Origin: Octopus sinensis
Lineage: Eukaryota
DNA length: 64,000 bases
Assembly: GCF_006345805.1 (NCBI RefSeq)
Contig: NC_043006.1
Location: 75,826,001-75,890,000 of the forward strand
Direction of reading: 5' to 3'
Part shown: positions 54,151 through 64,000 of the stretch, piece by piece
Numbering within the stretch: position 1 is the stretch's first letter
Layout of the letters: every line of letters begins with the position of its first letter
Notes under the pieces: model-generated
Database searches by the model: none
What the model saw: only the letters and a program-made list of their open reading frames with translations
Told to the model about the DNA's origin: nothing
Translations under genes and position numbers: made by a program

Positions 54151-57100
54151 AAGAACGTACACATATCTGTTTAACTTTGTCGCCCTCGAAGTCACGAAAT
54201 ACTCTTCTACTCGAAATAATGCATGATGTATGCACTTGTGACTAATTTTAAAGTACCATAAATGTTTTATCTCGGCACAAACGGAGCATTAAATGGAACA
54301 GTTCTGCGAATTTATTATGTTGATATGTGATAGTCAATTATGAGTTAGAAGTAAAAGGAGAATAGTTTCCCTTACTTTTTTCAAGCAAAATCGATTATTA
54401 ACGTGTTAAATGAAGCAAATATTTAATTTCGGTCTAGACGTGCTCTATATATTTGTGTTAATTCTCAAAGTACTGAATTAATACGATTTTCTTTTGAGAG
54501 ATTTGAAATCACGTCAATATGAAGTAGCTTTAAGAGAGCGAAACATAGGCAGAGAATAAGAGCGAGAGAAAGTTGTTTCTAACTATAAATGCAGCAGCCA
54601 TTTAGAATTCTTATGCTTATCCCATTAGATTATCACATTGGACATTTGTCTGAAAGACCTATATATTCTACTCTTTCAATGATTTCATGTGATCATAAAC
54701 AAGATTTTAATTTACCACTTAATCATCAGTAAGGACAGTACACAGATGACATTTGAAGGCTTAGGAAACAGGTTGGAGAGGAAGTTGAGAGGTGTTCCTA
54801 AAATAGAATTGTAGCCCGAATGCTGGCAACAGTGTAAATTTCTGTAATGGGAATCTAGGACCTGCTGCACACGTTAAGGCAAGCGATAAGTCCCACTCAG
54901 TTAACCCACCAAGTTTGAAATAGGAAAGAGCTTATCCAGTAAGTAATTCATTGCCTTATATAGGCGCATTCTAGGAGTTTTGAGACTAATCAGGAAATGC
55001 CTTTGCTAATTTCAAAGAAGTATAAAGCCCCGAGCTCCTTCCAAATAGGATACTTAGAAGTATTTTTGCCCGGTTTAACACAAAAGTTTAGCTTAGTTAC
55101 CTCCCAGACTGTGTTCACGTCCCAACTGCACTCTGCAAACGACTAAGATGTCACAAGCAGTGTTTAGCAGGATGTGTTCAATGTTCTGTTACGTCTTTCT
55201 CCAGCAATCTGGAGTAACATACGTCAGTTTGTTAGATGTATAGCAATGATATGCTAAAATTACAATAACCTACAACGGTTATACTTGCATCTCCTAAGAA
55301 AAAGGGCAAACACATTCCGAATACACTTCGTACAAATCGCAGTTGTTAGGTCTAAATCAAAATGTTCCAATCCTGATTTTTTTTTCATCAAGTGTATGTT
55401 TGAGCTCACAGGATATATTCAATTTTTTCATACACAGAAACACATGCCATCATTTTGGAATACATTTTGCACTTTTACTTATTTCTATTTAGTAAATATC
55501 TGTGACCTAGTTATATCAAGAAGGAAAGAAATCGATTAAGTTAAATTGACATCATAATTAAACCGCTGATGTTATTCTCTCATAAATTTAGAAGACTAAT
55601 TAAATTGTTTGATAATAAATGAGCAATAAAAATGTATATTTTATAGAATCATGGATCCATGGTTTATAATGGCATTTCGCTGGTGGAATGGGTGAACTTC
55701 ATTCAAAATGTCAATGGCTCACTAATGATCAAATCAATGCAACTTTCAATATTAAGGCCTTTACATATAGATCTGTATTATAAATATAAGTACTTTGTAT
55801 ACACATCAAATGATTCTCTGTGACACAGCTAAAGTGCACATTTGTAGGCGATTGTTTTAGAACCTACTGTGTATTCAAGACACCCAAATGAACAGAATAT
55901 GTATGAATTGTTAGTGAAAGTTTCTGTAGTCCATTTATCGCTCTATTTTGTCTTCACTAAATTCATTACCCAGTGAATATAAAGTCTAGCTTTTAAAATA
56001 TTATGAAGTACAATCACGAGATTTTGAATGAGAAACTAACTTGAAATTTCAGAGTTTGAGAGCATATCCTTGTAAGCGTACGGCTTTAAAATGAAGCTCG
56101 TAATTTCTGACATGAGAATGTGTCATAAGATTTATCGACAGTGCATTGAAGCCGCCAAAGTTAGAGTAACTAGATATAGAATGTATACACTTAAGCACAT
56201 ACATGGCCTTCGCAATAATAATATGTCATATCCTTCTATTATTTATTGATTGTTAAAAGCATTGCATATGTCGGATGGAACAGTCCTGTTGTAGTGACCA
56301 ATTTGTCATAAATGTTTCCATCATTTCATAAAGCTATAACGTTATGAAATGATGGAAGTAATATTCAGTTAACAATGAGATATAAATGTAATAAATATAC
56401 AGTTTGGAAATACAATTCTTATGCAATTGCAACACTACACTTGGATTAGTAATTATTCTGTAAAGTGACATAATTGCTAGTGATATACTATCAACACAGT
56501 GAAACAAATATTTTCCTTTGACATCATAAAACGAATATTTAAAAATATAAAACATTTATAAGCAACAATATAAATAAATTATTTTGTTTTACTGAAGAAT
56601 GTATTAAGTATATAGTATGCTATAATTCCGTTGTATAATTGTTGTGAGTTAGTCATTTCTTAACCGCTGCCAAATTAAGTCAAAGAAGTAGAATTGTTAA
56701 CGTGATGAAAATGAACGGGAGTGTTTACCTCTATGTAACTCTTAGTAATTTTCTCTTAATGTTGCAGCAGCGAATCAGTTGCTATGAGGATTTCAAAACG
56801 ATGCAATTTAATATTCACTGTCTATTACCATTTTAGAAGGATGTTCCTCAGCGTATATTAACTACTAATATATAATAACAATGCACTATTGTGAAATCAT
56901 TTCAAACTGCCTAGCGTTAAACTAATGCATTTCTTAAAAATTGTCGCTCCGGTTTTGTGCTTAGTGTCCAATTTATAAATTGACACTTCGCTTATTATAA
57001 TGTCTGGTATTTATTTTATAAATGCTTCTTGCCGAAACACTAGGATAAAAGTTCCTAAAGAGAAGACACCGTCGTAGTGTGAAACGTAGATGGAGACACA

Positions 57101-57176
57101 CACACAAACACACACACACACACACCCCCACACACACACACACCCACACACACACACACATATACATACATATATA

Positions 57177-57207
<31 letters not shown>

Positions 57208-57254
57208 CATACATAATCTATATGTATGTACGTATGTATATATATATATGTATA

Positions 57255-57433
57255 TATGTATGTATACTCGACGGGCTTTTTTCAGTTCCCGCTTACGATC
57301 TACTTACGAGTATGTGGTAAGTACGGTGTTATAGCATAAATAAAATATACTAACCCTAGGTGCCGCACTGTGGGATAGAACCCAAGTGCACATGGTTGGA
57401 AGAAAGCTCCTTTACCCCACAGCCACACCTGAG
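57255..57433 (-). mobile_element. 5' part of a SINE family B copy
   Basis: gacgggctttt.ttcagtt..aggtgccgcactgtgggatagaaccc..catggttggaagaaagct..accccacagccacacctg. Confidence 0.65.
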
Positions 57434-59235
57434 TGTATATATGCATGTGTGTCAAACAGTTAAAATATATTCATGGAGTTACACATAGTCATGTAGAAAT
57501 ATATACATGCATATATATAGTTCTAAAATCTCGCGAAGAGATCAACGCAGTAGTTGTACTGATAAGTAATATTCGTAGCCACTTCAACATGGCTGTCCAT
57601 TCGAGCGGACTCTACTGCGAGTTTTTAACACCTTGGTTAACGATGCAGAGCTGCATCCGATAAATTGCGAGCAAGGGAGCGGACACTTACCAACTTCTAG
57701 CGACGACACCAGTAGACCAGATCTGGTTTCAGGTTATTTCTGCCACTCTTCGGTACTGGACATTTCGTCTGCTAAAGATGACAGTAGCTCGCCTCTGCTC
57801 GCAGTATATATATGATTCAAGGCAACACAGAGTGGCTGATTTCACAAGCAAAAATGCTAGTTAGAAAATCTCTCTAACGGACATCCATGTTGAAATGGCT
57901 ACGAATATATATTTCAGCACAACTGCTGCGTTGACCTCTTAGATAGATTTTAGAACTAGCAATTTTTGATGTGTTGCAAAGTCAGCGACTGTGAGTTTGT
58001 TTGACACACATACATATATATATATATATATTGCAAGCAGAGGCAAGTTACTGCCATCTCTAACAGTTTGCGTTCCTATTTGCAATAATTCCAGTAGGAA
58101 AATTAAAGATATTCGCAATGATTTATTCTTTCTTTTCTTCGATAGAATCCACATATATTTCTACGAAGTAACTCATCATTAGTATTGTGACCTGTTTAAA
58201 ATAAATATTCGACTACATGAAATTTCGGCGGAATGAGGTATAATTTATAATAGAAATATTAAAATTACTAAGTCTCTCTAAAAGAGATTACGGCAGCGTT
58301 ACTGGAAATTAATTGTTATCGCCATATTAATATGGCAGTCTTATAGATATAAGACTGCCATATTAATAAGAGGTATAATTTATTTTCATTTTATATGAAT
58401 GAGTGGGTGTATTATTTTCAACACTGCGATCTGTTCACTCTTTCTGTTAATATGTTCTTTTCTTACTCCAATACCTTTCTTTTGTCCTGATATCTTTGAG
58501 CTTGATCTACAAAAGAAAAATAAACGATTTTTTGTGATCATCCTTGTCTTTAAGCGTACTGTGTTTTGTTGATTTATCGAGCCTATCATATGATCTTACT
58601 TATATAATAGTATTTTGTACATTTCTGGTACGATCGTTCTTCAGAATTTTGGAGAATGTCTAAAACATTATTGTTCCCTATATTTGCCAAGTTATTTAGT
58701 CCTGCTAACATCGAACATGATTTTACTAACTGTTTAATTCAGTCGAAATTATCACACGTTTTACGTTAGCTATTGCTAGTTTGGTCAAAACAATTCCTGT
58801 TGTAGTCTCTTGTCCTGGGGTTATCTCTTCAGAATCTGGGAAGATTTCTAATTAGTGATAGTTCAATGTATATTCCAGTTAAATGAGTCCTGGTAATATG
58901 TATCATGATTTCATTAATTGTTTTAGTTGGCCATGGAATCATGAGAAGACAAGGCCGCACTATCAGTTCTCACCTCTTAGATCAAAATAGACATTTATGA
59001 TGTGACAGCTTGAAAGAGAGAGAGAGAGGGAGGGAGTGGAATATAGAGGGAGGGATAGAGAGGGAGAGAGAGTGGGCTGAACCAATATCTGGTAAGATTT
59101 ATCAAAAGATGTGGTGAAAAATATTTATTCACGCTTATATATTTGATTCATAAAATGCACGAGGTTGCAAGTGCATGTATGTATGTATGTATGTATGTAT
59201 GTATGTATGTATCTATCTATCTATCTATCTGATAA

Positions 59236-59267
<32 letters not shown>

Positions 59268-59274
<7 letters not shown>

Positions 59275-59662
59275 ATATTTCGGAATGGTCATTTTGCCAG
59301 TTTAGCCAATAAAAACACACGCACTATATATTTGGTGTCATTTTGCTTCAGTGTTATTTATTTTTTACATTAATCTTAATCTTATTTCGGCCAGAGTTCT
59401 TTCGTCACACTCCTGTGACCGCATCAGTGGTCCTTTGAATACAAAATGGCTGACGGTTAGTAAGGAGAGACACAAATAAGAACGAAGAAAACAAAGGACC
59501 ACTGATGCGGTCACAGGAGTGTGACGAAAGAACTCTGGCCAAAATAAGATTAAGATTAATGTAAAAAATAAATAACACTGTAGCAAAATAACACCAAATA
59601 TATAGTGCGTGTGTTTTTATTGGCTAAACTGGCAAAATGACCATTCCGAAATATAACAATAT
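59268..59662. repeat. Near-perfect inverted repeat (~170-bp arms, 54-nt spacer) of a PLE pseudo-LTR-like sequence
   Basis: 59268-59437 versus the reverse complement of 59492-59662: three mismatches by manual alignment. Confidence 0.92.
59496..59540 (+). ncRNA. Minimal type I hammerhead-ribozyme-like motif (mirror copy on the minus strand at 59389-59433)
   Basis: ggacca-CTGATGC-g-gtcac/aggagt/gtgac-GAAA-g/aa/c-TC-tggcc: stem II of 5 bp, stem III of 2 bp, CUC cleavage triplet. Core A9 is replaced by C. Confidence 0.55.
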
Positions 59663-59712
59663 CTGTTTCAACACACGACTTCACATAAAAAATCTTGCAC
59701 AACAAATATTTA

Positions 59713-59754
<42 letters not shown>

Positions 59755-62329
59755 CCAATTCAGAATTGAAAATAATATTTTCCCAATGCCATGCATAAAC
59801 TTTACAAATATTTCTCAGTATATGTGGACAGTGTTTGAATATGTTTTGCCTTATGAAATACTGCAGTTACCAATAACCGAAATAAATTACGTTGCTATGT
59901 AATTCTGTGTGAACATATTTCCATTATATTTCGTTTCTCGTTTAGCTGATTTCTATTTTACGATAAATTCTGCGACTCGTTCACCATGAAGCAAAAAGCT
60001 ACGTGAGATATGTGGAATGGCTGCAGTGATGCAAAGAAAACGAAAGATAAAATGAACAGCAATAGAAAATAACGCATCTAGAAATATGAATCATCGTAAC
60101 GAATGGTTAACCCATTGAATAGCTCGAATAAATCCAATTTGAGCCCGTATAACAAATTAAGAAAGCAGTTGAAAATATAAGGAAATGACAAAATTCATAA
60201 ATCTCGTCAGGATATTTTCCATTAATTTTGACATAAAAAGACAAATGAGTGGATATTTCTAAAATAATGGTTTAGGAAATCACATAAGATGTGTATTATG
60301 ATTGGAGGAGGAAAATATAAAATTGTCATAAATGGATTGACAATATTGCATAACCGCAGATGAAAGATGACTTTAGATCACTACCCTTCGAATTATACCG
60401 TTAAGAGGCAATAAATAACTAAATAGATAAATCAATCAATCAATAAATAAAATTGCATCTAGAGGATGCAGAATTGTCCCGATTGTGAAATAAAAGCAGT
60501 TGCCATATTTACAAAAATGGTTTTAATATTCCATCTGTTATTTATAGTATATCCCATAGTTTGAAACGTGCTTGAAACCCTAAAATATTCTTTATTAATA
60601 GAAGCTTTATTGAAATCAATGCAATAGCTAGGCGTTTATACAGTTTTAATTTTTTCTTGTGAGGATGACAGGAATGTCTATGACCTGTTACACTTCTTCC
60701 AGTTTTGTATGGAGGCGAGAAGATATCCCTAAACCGGTGATTTGATTCCACTAAAGACATTCAAGGTTCCAAATGATGGTTCCTGTTGCTGTTGAGCTAC
60801 CGGTCCTCATCCCAGAGCTCGCAAGGTGGGAGAAGTCCGAAAAGTGGTCCTTAGCTATTCGTAAGACCCGCAGAAGAGAAAGCAGGTCAACCCCTGACAC
60901 CAAGAGCATCGACAGATGGATGAATGCGCATCCAGGCTCAGCGGTTGCGTAGGAAGTCGGGGACAAGAAACAGGGAGAGCGAGAGAAAGTTGGGGCGAAA
61001 GAGTACAACAGGGATCGCCACCACCACTAGGGAGCCTCGTGGAGCCTTATGTATTTTCGCTCAACCAGATGATGGTCTATAACCTGGCGATGTTATTGTG
61101 TCTACCATCAAGTAGGCTATGGTAGGATTTGAACTCAGAAGATTGAGAGAGACGGATCAAGGACCGCAGCGCTTCCGGGCACAATACTTATAGTTCTTTC
61201 TATCCAGCGCTCTGGATTGGTACATTTTCATCAATAACAGGTTAGAACTGACTTCGGTTGATTTGAACTCAGAGAGTAGAAACAAACGCCGGGATGAATA
61301 TATCTCCGGCATATTTATGACTGCTAGTTCGACATGTGTGAATAGTAACGAACGAAATGATGGATCCTACATTTTCTCTGAGTGTTTTCATGATGTCACG
61401 CATATGGCATTGGTGAGTCATATGCAGGGAAGCACAAATATTGCATAGGTCAAGTGACACTTCTAAGCGTTTTATTTTCCTATTAAAACATAGGTGTCAA
61501 ATTTCTTATAAGTCTACCTCTAAGGAACGCTGATAATCATATTCCTACTAAATGTCATGGCAGGGTGGTTATGCTTGGAGCGCTTTCGATCATATGTCTC
61601 TCGTCTGTGTCTGAGCGATCACAATTAATCTTGAACTAAACAACACGAAAGAAAAAACCCTGCAAATATCAGTGAGGGCGTGAAACTCGCCAAAGGAACT
61701 TTAAGTAAAGTCTACTTGATATAGTAAAATGAAATTACACGGGAGAGTACTCGACGCCGTCTGATTACTGAAGCGTGGAAAGCATGAAAATATCATCAAA
61801 AACAAAAAACAAAGTAAAAGTATCTTAGCGAAGCAACAGAGAGCAATTCCATTACTCGAAGGATAAATCTCCTAAGTTGTTTTAACATTTCTTGGACGCT
61901 TTGTATAAGCGCATAGAAGTTATGTAGGAAATCTAAGATAGAAACTAATTGAATTAACATTTGAACAAAGTGTAGAATGCGTCAATAAATTGAACTATGA
62001 AGCATAAATGTATCATCTCGTACTTGACAACTTCTGCGGAATCAAGATTAAAAAGTGAATGATAAAAGAGACTAGCGGAGAAGAAAACAAAACAAAAGCA
62101 CAAGGAAGGACATTCAGGATTAATAAAATCTATGAGGCGAGAGAGAGAGAGAGAGAGAGAGAGAAGGAGACAGAGAGATAAACGCAGATAGAGTGAGCAG
62201 GATGATAGCAAAAATGAGGAGACAAAGGGAGTGACGTAGATATAAACAGATAAACAAAGAAACGTTGTTTTTAGCTGGAGTTACTAGAAAGTAACTTGTC
62301 ATTTATTTACGCCCGAATGTACAGGGGAG

Positions 62330-62338
62330 TATATTTAT

Positions 62339-62430
<92 letters not shown>

Positions 62431-62455
62431 TATATACATACATATATATATATAT

Positions 62456-62500
<45 letters not shown>

Positions 62501-62900
62501 ATATATATGTATATATATACATATATATATGCATACATACATGATATATATATGTATATATATATATATATATATTTATAGGTGTGGACCGCTTGTGCGT
62601 GTAATATATATATAGACGTATATATATATACACACAGACACACACACACATATATATACATACATATATACATTTATATACATATATATATATATATCTG
62701 TATATATGTATATATAGGCATACATACATGCATCAATATATATACATATATATGAATAAATATAAATATACACACATATATATATATGGGTATGCAAGCG
62801 ATGTGCGTGTGTAATATATATATACACATACACACACTCACATAGAAATACACAGACACACATTATATGTATGTATTCATATGAACACATGTAGACATAA
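62330..62900. repeat. Long degenerate (AT)n/(AC)n block
   Basis: Direct reading. Confidence 0.95.
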
Positions 62901-63284
62901 AATATATATAACTCATAAAACTCTTATAATAATTGGTTACACCTTGTTTACAGGATCGACTTCTCCTGGCCTTGGTTGAACTTTGTTCATGTTCTACATA
63001 AGTATATGATATTTAATTAAAAACGAACCGTCAAAGGCACAAATAATATAATTTAGGCTATCGTCTACAATCTAGATGCTAGATGGTAAGTTAGATTTTG
63101 TGTACTATCTATAGCTTCTGTATGTACATTACGTTAGGCGAACTTGAAAATCAAAATCAAGATACCTTCAGATGAAAGATCAACAAACTGCTTTTTATAG
63201 CTAAAAGCTATAAATTATATGTAATTAAGTCCTTCTATTTTACGCTGTGTCCTGCATATACATAAAGGCAATTACAAACATACA

Positions 63285-63320
<36 letters not shown>

Positions 63321-63760
63321 GATATTATTGTCCATAATAAAATCAGTAGCTTACCATGGGTAAAAGCCATAAAGATAAATTAAATCACTGACATTATTAT
63401 AAAATTAACATCCACCTATATATATAAATAATTTTATTCACTTTGATCATCTTTTTAAATTTGCTGCGGCATTAAAAACAGTCATCGCACACATTGGTTG
63501 GGATGAACAACCAATGTTTACTCTATAACCCTAGGGTCGATAAGGCACACGGAGGATGAACTTAGCCTATTTCTCAAGGTCCGAAATCACGGTGATATGA
63601 CTATGTCTGAATTTTTCATTGGTACGGGGTCATAGGTATTTTTATTAATTTATCCGCTTTCACCTTTGTGTTTAAGTGAAAACCTGTGATTTGTTCATTT
63701 TGATTGCTAGAGTTAGCATACCGGTAGTGCGTGTTAGTATCCTTAATTCTTAATATATAT

Positions 63761-63877
63761 ATGTTTTTGATCTAGTTTGGATTCTTTGCCATCAAATTTG
63801 AATTCTTTGCAACCAAATTTGCATTCTTTGTAATCAAATTTGAGTGCAAAGAATTAAAATTTGATGGCAAAGAATCC
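63761..63877. repeat. Collapsed palindromic copy of the 18121 foldback termini
   Basis: gattctttgccatcaaatttgaattctttgca...tgcaaagaattaaaatttgatggcaaagaatcc, the same subterminal repeat units as 18121-18664. Confidence 0.8.
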
Positions 63878-64000
63878 TGGAGGGTTCCAAAAATGATTTC
63901 TAATATCGATTCTTCATATTTTGCCGGTAGTTTACAAGCGTAAATTTGCGAATATGAAAATAATACTTATATATGATGTGTGGTGAATTTATGGAAATAA

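Noticed and set aside
54600-55300. Compositionally complex stretch that might be a LINE remnant or exon
   Set aside because: No open frame or motif that I could recognise on either strand.

Overview
AT-rich, microsatellite-saturated eukaryotic DNA with no recognisable intact host gene. The SINE families and the (AT)n/(ATAC)n/(ATT)n/(CTT)n load resemble cephalopod (Octopus-like) intergenic or intronic DNA; this is inferred from the repeats only. Almost every ORF in the track is a simple-repeat translation. Real protein homology is limited to decayed mobile elements: a Penelope-like retroelement (RT plus C-terminal GIY-YIG, minus strand, ~51.5-53.7 kb) enclosed by ~270-bp inverted repeats, a full-length dead mariner (30.1-31.3 kb), two further mariner fragments and a Ty3/Gypsy RT fragment. 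There are also many tRNA-derived SINEs of at least three families, several MITE/foldback elements and two kinds of minimal hammerhead-ribozyme-like motif with non-canonical cores. The most interesting signals concern retroposition mechanism: target duplications starting GGTA (including a 12-nt insertion), SINE multimers with the same junction at two loci, and an inverted near-perfect hammerhead-bearing hairpin. I see no evidence for a new protein-coding system.
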